The position numbers were made by a program, and so were the translations under genes. Below the pieces are notes generated by a model. It ran no database searches. It had not been told where the DNA came from and worked only from the letters and a program-made list of their open reading frames with translations. 64,000 nt of DNA from an uncultured Chloroflexia bacterium (GTDB lineage: Bacteria > Chloroflexota > Dehalococcoidia > GIF9 > UBA5629): the NCBI GenBank assembly GCA_963752975.1, contig CAVWAG010000004.1:87660-151659 (forward strand), in the 5' to 3' direction. Positions 53,606 through 62,314 of the stretch are shown in pieces. Each line of letters begins with the position of its first letter. Positions within the stretch are counted from its first letter, which is position 1.

Positions 53606-54628
53606 ATGGAGAAAGCAGAAAGCGCCTGGATAACCGGGGCAAATAAAACGGTCTACCAACCCGGTCAAACAACCGGCCACTACGAAAGTTTTTTCCTGCG
53701 GGCCAACCACCCGTCGCTTCCCCTGGCTTTCTGGATACGGTATACCATCTTCAGCCCGCAGGGCCACCCCGAAAAAGCTATCGGTGAACTGTGGGCGGTC
53801 TATTTCGACGGTCAAAACGTGCTGGATTTTGCCGTTAAGAAAGAGGTGCCTTTCAACCAGTGCTCTTTCAGTTCATCCGGGCTGGATGCAAAGATCGGTG
53901 ATGCCCTGCTAAATACAGGCAAGCTGACTGGAGACGCCTCGGCCCATAACCACGAAATTAAGTGGGATTTGACCTATAGCGGTGATAGCAAACCCCTTTT
54001 CCTGCTGCCACTGAAAATGTATTCAGCTGGCTTTCCCAAAGCTAAAAGCATCGTACCCCTTCCCATGGCTCAATTCAACGGTAGTCTCATCGTGGACGGT
54101 AAAACTGTAAACATAGATAAATGGATCGGCAGCCAGAACCATAACTGGGGCTCCAGGCACACCGATCTCTACGCCTGGGGACAGGTGGCCGGCTTCGACA
54201 ACAACCCGGACAGCTTCCTCGAGGTCGCCACGGCCAGGGTTAAAATCGGTCCCTTTTGGACGCCAAACATGACCCCTGTCGTGCTGCGGCATAAAGGCAA
54301 GGAATATGCCCTTAACAGCATGGCCCAAACCTTGAAAGCCCACGGGCACTTCACTTATTTTGACTGGCAATTCTCCTCGGAGAACGACGTGGTTAGTCTT
54401 GCAGGAATGATAACCGGCGATCGCAACCAGTTCGTGGGACTGAATTATTACAACCCGCCGGGAGGCAACAAGCACTGCCTCAATAGCAAGATAGCCTCCT
54501 GTGACCTGAGGATCACCTACAAGCAGGGCGCAAATAAGGGCTCATCCGACCTGCTGACCACCCGCAACCGCGCAGCCTTTGAGATCCTCACTGATAAAAG
54601 GGACCACGGCATCACCATCCAGGTGTAA
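53606..54628 (+). CDS. hypothetical protein (beta-rich; no family recognised)
   Basis: The ATG at 53606 follows GGAGG. 340 aa. Only a vague resemblance to CrtC/AttH/tocopherol-cyclase-like proteins (GHYESFFLRANHP). Confidence 0.5.
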   Translation: MEKAESAWITGANKTVYQPGQTTGHYESFFLRANHPSLPLAFWIRYTIFSPQGHPEKAIGELWAVYFDGQNVLDFAVKKEVPFNQCSFSSSGLDAKIGDALLNTGKLTGDASAHNHEIKWDLTYSGDSKPLFLLPLKMYSAGFPKAKSIVPLPMAQFNGSLIVDGKTVNIDKWIGSQNHNWGSRHTDLYAWGQVAGFDNNPDSFLEVATARVKIGPFWTPNMTPVVLRHKGKEYALNSMAQTLKAHGHFTYFDWQFSSENDVVSLAGMITGDRNQFVGLNYYNPPGGNKHCLNSKIASCDLRITYKQGANKGSSDLLTTRNRAAFEILTDKRDHGITIQV

Positions 54629-54811
54629 GCACCAAATTGCTTACTGAAAAGGCAATTTGCTGCGCAGAGTAACGGCACTTTTTCATAAAATGATCCTCCT
54701 TTAAGTATATCAATCATCCCACGAAACTAACATCTATCTGGTCCAGTTTTCGGAGCGCAGATCAATTTCCTTGGCCCATAACATTTCAATGAGCCCATTT
54801 CAATAGGCTAA

Positions 54812-54840
54812 TTTGACTTCCGACCAATTCCCCAATATTA
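54812..54840 (+). promoter_or_regulatory. candidate promoter TTGACT-17 nt-TATTAT for arsR
   Basis: TTGACT at 54812-54817 and TATTAT at 54835-54840, about 40 nt upstream of the arsR ATG. Confidence 0.45.
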
Positions 54841-54880
54841 TATTACTACATGCGGATAAACGAATAGAGACAGGTGACAT

Positions 54881-55258
54881 ATGAGGAAATTAGCTAAAAC
54901 ATTTAAGGCATTGTCTGACGAGACCAGACTGAGGATCTTAAACATACTGCTGGAACGTGAGTGCTGTGTCTGTGAGTTAATGCAGGTACTGGATTTAACG
55001 CAATCCAGAACATCACGGCATTTGATCACACTTTGCGATGCGGGCTTTTTAAAGTTCAGGCGTCAGGGCTTGTGGGCCATGTATTCCATCGACTGGGAGA
55101 GTATGGATAAATATCATATTGATTTGGCCGGAATTGTGCGTGAAGCTCTGAAAGATAATCAGACGGCGATTTTTGACAGGCAGAAACTGGCCACTACGGA
55201 AAAGATTGGACTGACAGTCTGCTCAGCTACCGGTAGTAAAAATGGCTGCAACAACTAA
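54881..55258 (+). CDS. arsR: ArsR/SmtB family metalloregulator
   Basis: 125 aa with LSDETRLRILNILLERECCVCELMQVLDLTQSRTSRHL (wHTH with a CVC metalloid-binding motif). Confidence 0.9.
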   Translation: MRKLAKTFKALSDETRLRILNILLERECCVCELMQVLDLTQSRTSRHLITLCDAGFLKFRRQGLWAMYSIDWESMDKYHIDLAGIVREALKDNQTAIFDRQKLATTEKIGLTVCSATGSKNGCNN

Positions 55259-56339
55259 AGTGGAATCCTGCATTTGCGGCATATCAACTCCCCCAAGTGC
55301 TGCACCTAACGGAAAAACCCTTGATAACAGGAAGCTTTATCTGCTGCTGGGCATAGGTCTGGCCTTATGGCTGATCGTATATTATTGGCTTGAAACGGCG
55401 TCCAATTTCCTGACTTTTAACATATTTCATCTGTCTGCGGATAGCCATTTGGGCAGCAGCGTGGCTTTCTTTCTGTACGATGCACCTAAAGTCATCATGC
55501 TCCTGGCAATAATAGTATTCGGCGTCGGAATAATACGCTCATTCTTCACACCGGAGCGGACCAGGCAGATGCTGGCGGGCAAACGTGAATTCGTCGGTAA
55601 CGTTATGGCTGGCGGACTTGGCATTGTCACGCCTTTCTGTTCATGCTCCGCCGTTCCGCTTTTCATTGGATTTGTGGAGACCGGCGTTCCTCTCGGCGTC
55701 ACGTTCACTTTTCTGATCGCAGCGCCGATGATCAACGAGGTGGCCCTCGTCCTCCTCTTCAGCATGTTCGGCTGGAAAATAGCTCTGCTCTACGTGGCAA
55801 CTGGACTATTCATCGCCATCACCGCCGGCTGGGTAATTGGCCGCCTTAAGCTGGAGAGATACATTGAGAGCTGGGTGCATGAAATAAAGATGGGCGAGTC
55901 CGGCGATGCGGCGGGAGACCTTAAATTTGCAGATCGAATTCGGTATGGCCTAACTGCGGTGAAGGAGATCGTAGGTAAAGTCTGGCCCTACGTCCTTGCT
56001 GGAATAGCCGTAGGAGCGATCATACACGGATATGTACCCGAAGGCCTGATGGCGTCATTTATGGGCAAGGACGTCTGGTGGGCAGTCCCTGCGGCCGTGC
56101 TGCTTGGTGTCCCCATGTATTCCAATGCGGCAGGGTTCATTCCAATAATGCAAGCGCTCATGGAGAAGGGCGCAGCCCTGGGCACGACGCTTGCCTTTAT
56201 GATGGCGGTCATAGGCCTATCTCTGCCGGAAACGATAATACTGCGAAAAGTGCTGAAATGGCAGCTCATCGCTGTATTCCTCGGGGTTGTATCCGTCGGC
56301 ATAATCATAATTGGCTATCTTTTTAATGCCATACTCTGA
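55242..56339 (+). CDS. arsP: DUF318-type permease, ArsP-like organoarsenical efflux permease
   Basis: 365 aa, multi-TM. The TPFCSCSAVPLF motif is, as I recall, characteristic of ArsP. Adjacent to arsR. The start is uncertain (overlaps the arsR end). Confidence 0.75.
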   Translation: MAATTKVESCICGISTPPSAAPNGKTLDNRKLYLLLGIGLALWLIVYYWLETASNFLTFNIFHLSADSHLGSSVAFFLYDAPKVIMLLAIIVFGVGIIRSFFTPERTRQMLAGKREFVGNVMAGGLGIVTPFCSCSAVPLFIGFVETGVPLGVTFTFLIAAPMINEVALVLLFSMFGWKIALLYVATGLFIAITAGWVIGRLKLERYIESWVHEIKMGESGDAAGDLKFADRIRYGLTAVKEIVGKVWPYVLAGIAVGAIIHGYVPEGLMASFMGKDVWWAVPAAVLLGVPMYSNAAGFIPIMQALMEKGAALGTTLAFMMAVIGLSLPETIILRKVLKWQLIAVFLGVVSVGIIIIGYLFNAIL

Positions 56340-56365
56340 CATTGCAGCATTTAGCGAACAGATAC

Positions 56366-56609
56366 ATGGATAAACTGATGGGCATTATGAAGGCACTATC
56401 CGATGAAACAGAGGCAACAGGGTAGATTCTCAGTTTATGCGATAGATTGGAAGAGATTTGACTCATGCGGGGCCGACATGCTGAAGGCCATACGCAGGGG
56501 ACTCGAAGGAAACAAGCTGGCTAAGGAAGACTTACGTAAACTGGCCCAGGCCGGGAGCGCCCTGCCTGATGCACACACAAAGCATAAATCTAATTTTATG
56601 GAAAGGTAA
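56366..56609 (+). pseudogene. arsR remnant lacking the HTH/metal-binding core
   Basis: The N-terminal piece MDKLMGIMKALSDET is joined (out of frame by 1) to RQQGRFSVYAIDWKRFD..., matching intact ArsR residues MKALSDETR and RRQGLWAMYSIDWESMD. About 45 codons between them are missing. Confidence 0.65.
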
Positions 56610-56616
56610 TGAACAG

Positions 56617-57096
56617 ATGAAAACTATTATCTTGATGATGACAACGTGTCTTTTGGTACTTTCGACTATGTTGCTGGGTGGGTGCGCAGGTACGCAGCCA
56701 GATTTGCAAACTTCAAAAGCTGACAATGCTGTTACTGACACGGCTAAACCGGACAGTGTCGAACTCATCTATTTTCACACGAAAGTAGCTTGCCATTGCA
56801 TGTCAACTGTGCAAGATAATATCAAGTACGCTGTCGATACATATTTTGCAAATGAAACAGCTACAGGTAAAGTAAAATTGACCATGATTGTCTCGGACGA
56901 TCCGGCGAATGAAGAGCTCGTCAAAAGATATGATGCCCTGCCTTTCGTTCTTTTCATCAAGGAAACACGGGGAAATAAGGCAAGGACCTATCCGGTTAGC
57001 GATATCTGGAATATGACAGGGGACGATAACCGGGACAAGCTGATCAATTTTATCAAGGTGACTGTCACCGACATATTGGATGGGAAGACCTCATAA
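56617..57096 (+). CDS. ArsF-like lipoprotein, divergent copy (CxC instead of CxxC)
   Basis: Lipobox [35 protein letters not shown] aligns with IDVIYFHANQRCVTCLCFEKSINKVIDTYF of the copies at 58601 and 59321. Confidence 0.6.
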   Translation: MKTIILMMTTCLLVLSTMLLGGCAGTQPDLQTSKADNAVTDTAKPDSVELIYFHTKVACHCMSTVQDNIKYAVDTYFANETATGKVKLTMIVSDDPANEELVKRYDALPFVLFIKETRGNKARTYPVSDIWNMTGDDNRDKLINFIKVTVTDILDGKTS

Positions 57097-57139
57097 AAGC
57101 TATGCCGATACAAAAATACAATCAAATGGGGGATTGCAA

Positions 57140-58222
57140 ATGAAGGACGCAGGCCAGTCTTGTACCAGCGAGCAAGGCAGTTTAAAGCTGTCGGTCCTGG
57201 ACCGTTTTCTGACGCTCTGGATTTTCCTGGCAATGGCGTTAGGCGTGGGACTGGGCTACTTCATACCGGGGGTAGCCGATGTCATATCTCTGTTTCAGGT
57301 TGGGACAACATCCATCCCCATTGCGGTAGGACTGATCCTGATGATGTATCCGCCGCTGGCCAAGGTCAAATACGAGGAATTGCCGCTGGTCTTTCGCGAC
57401 TGGAAAATACTCGGACTGTCCTTGGTGCAAAACTGGGTGATCGGGCCGATACTGATGTTCTTGCTGGCAATACTCTTGCTGAGCGGATACCCGGACTATA
57501 TGGTTGGGCTAATTATGATAGGACTGGCGCGCTGCATAGCCATGGTTATTGTATGGAATGAGCTTTGCGGGGGAGATAATGAATATGCCGCGGGCTTGGT
57601 GGCCTTCAACTCGATTTTCCAAATTTTATTTTACTCGGTTTATGCCTACATTTTTATCACTATCCTTCCAGGGTGGTTTGGACTCAAGGGAGTGTCTGTA
57701 AATATAACTATCTGGCAGATAGCGCAGAGCGTTTTGATCTACCTGGGAATACCGTTTTTCGCTGGGATGCTTACAAGATTTGCTTTACTTAAGGCAAAGG
57801 GAAGGAAGTGGTACGACACGAAGTTCATTCCCAAGATCAGTCCTATTACGCTGGCGGCGCTGCTGTTTACAATCGTTGTGATGTTCTCCTTGAAAGGGCA
57901 GATCATCGTCCAACTGCCACTGGATGTGCTGCGCATCGCCTTGCCGCTTCTTATCTATTTTGTGGTTATGTTCCTAGTGTCTTTCTATATGGGGAAGAAG
58001 ATAGGAGCAAACTACCAAAAGACGGCTACGATCGCCTTCACGGCCGCCAGCAACAACTTTGAATTAGCGATAGCTGTCGCCGTGGCTGTATTCGGTATTG
58101 GGTCCGGACAGGCATTTGCCGCTGTTATAGGTCCGCTGGTAGAAGTGCCAGTTTTAATTGGTTTGGTCAACGTATCCCTGTATTTTAAGCGCAAGTTTTT
58201 CGATCGAGCCCTAACCATATAA
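57140..58222 (+). CDS. acr3: ACR3 family arsenite efflux transporter
   Basis: 360 aa from the ATG at 57140. Motifs [26 protein letters not shown] and [13 protein letters not shown] (conserved ACR3 Cys motif). Confidence 0.9.
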   Translation: MKDAGQSCTSEQGSLKLSVLDRFLTLWIFLAMALGVGLGYFIPGVADVISLFQVGTTSIPIAVGLILMMYPPLAKVKYEELPLVFRDWKILGLSLVQNWVIGPILMFLLAILLLSGYPDYMVGLIMIGLARCIAMVIVWNELCGGDNEYAAGLVAFNSIFQILFYSVYAYIFITILPGWFGLKGVSVNITIWQIAQSVLIYLGIPFFAGMLTRFALLKAKGRKWYDTKFIPKISPITLAALLFTIVVMFSLKGQIIVQLPLDVLRIALPLLIYFVVMFLVSFYMGKKIGANYQKTATIAFTAASNNFELAIAVAVAVFGIGSGQAFAAVIGPLVEVPVLIGLVNVSLYFKRKFFDRALTI

Positions 58223-58239
58223 AGTAATGGAGGTTAACA

Positions 58240-58506
58240 ATGAACATTAAATTATTAGGTCCCGGCTGCGCCAAATGCCAGAACCTGGAAAAAGCAGTGA
58301 AAGAGGTAGTAGCCGCCTTAAAGCTAGACATCAGCGTTGAAGATGTAAGAGACATGAAAAAAATCATGCAGTATCCGATTTTGGCGACACCCGGCCTCGT
58401 AATCAATGAAAAACTCGTAATGAGCGGAAAAGTGCCGTCAAAAGCCGAGGTCGAACAATTAATTATGAATGCCCTGGCTGCTGAGGACAGGGAGAAAAAC
58501 AAATGA
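58240..58506 (+). CDS. small thioredoxin-fold protein (redox-active disulfide protein 2 / TM0996-MTH895 type)
   Basis: 88 aa with MNIKLLGPGCAKCQNLE (CxxC) and ATPGLVINEKLV. GGAGG RBS. Confidence 0.8.
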   Translation: MNIKLLGPGCAKCQNLEKAVKEVVAALKLDISVEDVRDMKKIMQYPILATPGLVINEKLVMSGKVPSKAEVEQLIMNALAAEDREKNK

Positions 58507-58600
58507 TTAGGTCGAGCGGCGCGGAGCAGATTGCGTGTGCAAGAAAAAACGGTAATTAATTCACAATTTATTCACACGAAATTCACATTTCGCTCATAAA

Positions 58601-59248
58601 ATGGACACTACTATGAAAGAAGAAATTGGAACGATCATCTCCAGAGGAGGCACGGAAATTAATACTGTCTTCACCGTTAAGAACCTGGTGATATCTTTTG
58701 TCTATGCGGGACTAATTATGCTGTCTGCGTGCGCAAGCGCGCCCGCTGCACCGGTTGTACAGGCGGATCAGCCGGCCAAACAACCGGCTGCGGCTCAGCC
58801 TCAGGCACCTGCAAATCAGTCACCGGCTCAGCAAGACCCCATAGTGGGGGACGAGAACTCAAGCAATGACAATGCTACTGGAACGAAGACCCCGGCGGCC
58901 CCGGTTAGCAGGATTGATGTCATTTATTTTCATGCAAATCAGCGATGCGTAACATGTCTTTGTTTTGAGAAGAGTATTAACAAAGTCATTGATACATATT
59001 TTTCGGATGAGTTAAATAGCGGGAAATTGACTTATCAGGTGTTAAATCTGCAGCAACCTGAGAATGCGGATATTACTAAGAAATATCAGGCAGTTGGCTC
59101 GCAATTGTTTGTCAACGTGATAATCAAGGGTGTTGACAATATCCAGGACATCCAGAGCATATGGAATTGGAAATGTGTCAATGACCCACATGGCTTTGAG
59201 TTAAAAGTTAAGAATGTTATTCAGGGAGGGCTCAAGCAGCTATCCTGA
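58601..59248 (+). CDS. ArsF-like lipoprotein (nitrophenyl-arsenical nitroreductase subunit ArsF family, as I recall the family name)
   Basis: Lipobox LSAC, a Q/P/A-rich linker, then IDVIYFHANQRCVTCLCFEK...KYQAVGSQLFV. The start codon is uncertain (no clear RBS at 58601). Confidence 0.6.
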   Translation: MDTTMKEEIGTIISRGGTEINTVFTVKNLVISFVYAGLIMLSACASAPAAPVVQADQPAKQPAAAQPQAPANQSPAQQDPIVGDENSSNDNATGTKTPAAPVSRIDVIYFHANQRCVTCLCFEKSINKVIDTYFSDELNSGKLTYQVLNLQQPENADITKKYQAVGSQLFVNVIIKGVDNIQDIQSIWNWKCVNDPHGFELKVKNVIQGGLKQLS

Positions 59249-59320
59249 TGTGGCCGTCAGGTTTATTAATTGGGCGTATATAATCGAATACCGTCCCTTA
59301 AAGGAGGACCACTAAATTTG

Positions 59321-59941
59321 ATGTTCACTAAGATGAAGAATTTCATTTATCTGCCGGTAATAGCAGGGGTCATTGCATTGACAGCGTGCTCAGCGATAAC
59401 TGCTTCTCCACAGCAACCGCCCGTTGAAACACCCGTGCAAACTTCTACTAAGCAGTCTTCCCAGCCGCCGGCGCAATCAAGTACTTTGACGGCTATACAG
59501 CCGAGTGTCCAACCTGTAGCGCAGACACCTGCACAACAAAATTCCGGCTCAGGCTCCATATCGACTACAAACATAGTCACTTCGCCGCCCTTATTGTCCA
59601 ACAGGATTGATGTCGTATATTTCCATGCGAACCTTAGATGTGTGACATGCCTGTGTTTTGAAAAAGAGGTCACTAATATCATAAAAACATATTTTCAAGA
59701 CGCCATAAACAGCGGCAAGCTTACATACAGGGTATTAAATATCCAGGAACCGCAGAATGCTGTCATAGTCAAGAAATACGGCGCCCTCGGATCACAGCTA
59801 TTTATTAATAATGTCATAAACAATTTCGACAATATTGAAGATATTCAAGATATATGGTCCTGGAACTGCGTTGATGATCCCTCCGGCTTTAATGCAAAGG
59901 TGAAGGACGTAATCGAACTCAGACTCAATGGGCAAAGATAA
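59321..59941 (+). CDS. ArsF-like lipoprotein, third copy
   Basis: The ATG at 59321 follows AAAGGAGG. Lipobox LTAC, a Q/P/S-rich linker, then IDVVYFHANLRCVTCLCFEK...KYGALGSQLFI. Confidence 0.6.
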   Translation: MFTKMKNFIYLPVIAGVIALTACSAITASPQQPPVETPVQTSTKQSSQPPAQSSTLTAIQPSVQPVAQTPAQQNSGSGSISTTNIVTSPPLLSNRIDVVYFHANLRCVTCLCFEKEVTNIIKTYFQDAINSGKLTYRVLNIQEPQNAVIVKKYGALGSQLFINNVINNFDNIEDIQDIWSWNCVDDPSGFNAKVKDVIELRLNGQR

Positions 59942-60663
59942 TGGACTTATCGTCTTTAACGTCAAATATAAACATACCTGTGCTATCGGCATTTTTTTTA
60001 GGGCTGATGGCTACCGTCGGGCCGTGTACCATGGCAACCAATATCGCGGCCCTCGCCTATGTAGGCCGAAACCTGACGGACCGTAAATATTCTGTGGTGA
60101 CAGCGGCCCTATATACGCTGGGCCGGATGTTGACCTATACGGTACTGGGCGCACTTATTATTTACCTCGGACTCAGTATCCCGGGAGTGTCTGTAATCCT
60201 GCAGGATGTAGGGGAAAAAGCCCTCGGGCCATTCTTGATAGCAATAGGCGTGTTGATGCTTTTCATAGATAAGATATCTTTCGGTCGCAGCGGCAATAGT
60301 TTATCCAATCTCGGCGGAAAGGTCGCCGACTGGGGTATGATCGGGGGACTTCCACTTGGCGCACTCTTCGCCCTGGCATTCTGCCCATACAGCGCCGTCC
60401 TGTTTTTTGCCGTATTGCTTCCGCTGGCGTTGAAAACCGCCGGCGGTGTGACGTTACCGGCCTTTTTTGCTATTGGGACGGGGTTGCCGGTTTTGCTTTT
60501 CGGTCTACTGCTCTCATTTGGCGTGGCCAGTATCTCGAAGTGGGTTGATGCAATCGGCCGCAGCGAAAAAGTTATCCGTATCGTAATCGCTATTGCCTTC
60601 ATCGTTATCGGGATTTATTACATGATACCCTGGCTAACCAGCCTATTCGTATCAGGCCAATAA
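59941..60663 (+). CDS. ArsG-like / CcdA-DsbD-like integral membrane protein
   Basis: 240 aa with about 6 TM segments and Cys in TM segments (TVGPCTMATN, ALAFCPYSAV), as in CcdA-type thiol-disulfide transporters. The start overlaps the upstream stop (TAATG). Confidence 0.6.
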   Translation: MDLSSLTSNINIPVLSAFFLGLMATVGPCTMATNIAALAYVGRNLTDRKYSVVTAALYTLGRMLTYTVLGALIIYLGLSIPGVSVILQDVGEKALGPFLIAIGVLMLFIDKISFGRSGNSLSNLGGKVADWGMIGGLPLGALFALAFCPYSAVLFFAVLLPLALKTAGGVTLPAFFAIGTGLPVLLFGLLLSFGVASISKWVDAIGRSEKVIRIVIAIAFIVIGIYYMIPWLTSLFVSGQ

Positions 60664-60725
60664 TTTGGAGTGACATGCTTTGAACGGCAATTAGTGATTA
60701 ATAACAGCGATTTATAAAGGAATGA

Positions 60726-61160
60726 GTGAAAATGTCATTTAACAAATTTATGCGGCTATCCGGCAAGGTCCTATTTCTTGTATTGGCTGTGTTCTTGGTA
60801 TTCAACATAAGTTGCTCCGGTGGAACGGACACATATATTGAGAAAGACCTTACAAAAATATCGCTTGATCAGGCTTTACGTAACGGAAAACCCACCCTTG
60901 CAGATTTCGGTTGGAGGAACTGCATTCCATGCAAAATGATGAAACCTGTACTCGAAACGCTGGCAGAGAAGCAACGGGGACAACTTAACGTTTTAATTGT
61001 GGAGGTTTACGAGCATGAGGACCTTACGGACCAGTATGGAATAAAGTCCATCCCAACCCAGATATTATTTGACAGCCAGGGAAAAGAGCTAATGCGTCAC
61101 CTGGGATACTGGGCACCGGAGGAAATGGCGCCGGAACTGAAAAAAATCGGGGTAAATTGA
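60726..61160 (+). CDS. thioredoxin-family lipoprotein (extracytoplasmic, CIPC active site)
   Basis: Signal peptide with lipobox NISC, then FGWRNCIPCKMMKP (WxxCxxC) and IKSIPTQILF (cis-Pro loop). The start is either the GTG at 60726 or the ATG at 60732. Confidence 0.8.
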   Translation: MKMSFNKFMRLSGKVLFLVLAVFLVFNISCSGGTDTYIEKDLTKISLDQALRNGKPTLADFGWRNCIPCKMMKPVLETLAEKQRGQLNVLIVEVYEHEDLTDQYGIKSIPTQILFDSQGKELMRHLGYWAPEEMAPELKKIGVN

Positions 61161-61184
61161 GAATTCCGAAAAAGGAGATACACT

Positions 61185-61621
61185 ATGGCTGAAGAACAAC
61201 AGTGGCAGGCAGGAATAAACACCCACGAAAACGCGATTTTTTCCTGTTTCGGTGGAGCGTCGAATACAGGAATAACCAGTGGGTTGGCCTGTTTGGAGGC
61301 AGTTAAAGAACTTGGCTTGCAGAAGGCGGCCATCATGTGCCTGGGGGGATTGCCAACCTATGTGAAACCGGTATTAGGAAAAACCAGAGCGGCAAAAAGA
61401 TTATCACCGTGGATGGCTGCCCCTTTGAATGCAGCCGGAAGATAGTTGAACAGGCAGGATTCAAGCCGATCAGTATTGTACTTACACGGGATATCGGTAT
61501 GAAAAAGAAGGGGCTCAGCGAGGACATTGGCAGGGAGATCAAAGGGGTCATGGAATATATTTCCGACGGCGAGGTAAAGAAGGCTACAGAACTGATCGTA
61601 AGTACTATTATGAATGAGTAG
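61185..61621 (+). pseudogene. DGC-domain putative zinc-binding protein (ArsE-like), frameshifted at a G6 run (61343-61348)
   Basis: The ORFs 61185-61445 and 61337-61621 overlap. Adding one G joins ...AIMCLGG to IANLCETG...KKIITVDGCPFECSRK (DGC motif). Confidence 0.65.
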
Positions 61622-61658
61622 CTATAGATAAATAAAAATTAAAAAAGGAGGAACAACA

Positions 61659-62258
61659 ATGAATATGGTACCTGAATGGGCGTGGGAGTTTCACGGACAC
61701 AAGTGTCCCTTCATGCCGCTGGGCTATCGCATGGGCAAGCTGGCCATGAAGGAATTAGGGGCTGGGCACGAGCCAGACCACGGGTTTTTCGTCATACCGG
61801 AGCTGGGTATCGGGCATCCGCAGACATGCTTGATGGATGGCATCCAGATAGCTACCGGCGCCACCTACGGCAAGTCATTGATGGAAAAGACATTCTGGGG
61901 AAAGTTGGCTGCTGTGTTTTATCATCCGCAGTATCTCGGAAAGGGTGCAATCCGCCTATACGTTACTAATGAGTTTCAAGATGAGTTCGGCAAACATGAA
62001 TTTTTCGCCTACAGAAAAAAGAAAGTTGAACCTTCAAAGATTCCGGCCGACGTCGCCAAGGCAGCCATAGACTGGGTATATGCCCAGCCGGACGATAAGG
62101 TCTTTAAGATCGATTGGGTACCTGACTATAAATTTGCGCCCGCCAGGGGATCATTCAACAAGGTGAAATGCGTTAAATGCGGTGAATACGTTTTCGAGCG
62201 GTACGTACGCCTGGTCGACAATGAGCCTAACTGCATACCCTGCTCAGGTTACAAATAA
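61659..62258 (+). CDS. FmdE-family protein with a C-terminal zinc ribbon
   Basis: 199 aa with the EFHGHKCPFMPLGYRMG motif and C-terminal CVKCGE...CIPC. Confidence 0.75.
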   Translation: MNMVPEWAWEFHGHKCPFMPLGYRMGKLAMKELGAGHEPDHGFFVIPELGIGHPQTCLMDGIQIATGATYGKSLMEKTFWGKLAAVFYHPQYLGKGAIRLYVTNEFQDEFGKHEFFAYRKKKVEPSKIPADVAKAAIDWVYAQPDDKVFKIDWVPDYKFAPARGSFNKVKCVKCGEYVFERYVRLVDNEPNCIPCSGYK

Positions 62259-62314
62259 AATAATCCGTCGCTTTGCCAACGGAACCGGGGATTGTTGCCC
62301 CCGAGGATAATTAA

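Noticed and set aside
54640-54667. Hairpin CAAATTGC-N12-GCAATTTG after the 53606-54628 gene, considered as a terminator
   Set aside because: It is only an 8-bp AT-rich stem with a 12-nt loop and no U-run, which is too weak to call.
56403-56609. 68-aa ORF as an independent gene
   Set aside because: It aligns to the C-terminal third of the upstream ArsR and is preceded by a matching N-terminal relic in another frame, so it was interpreted as a pseudogene remnant instead.
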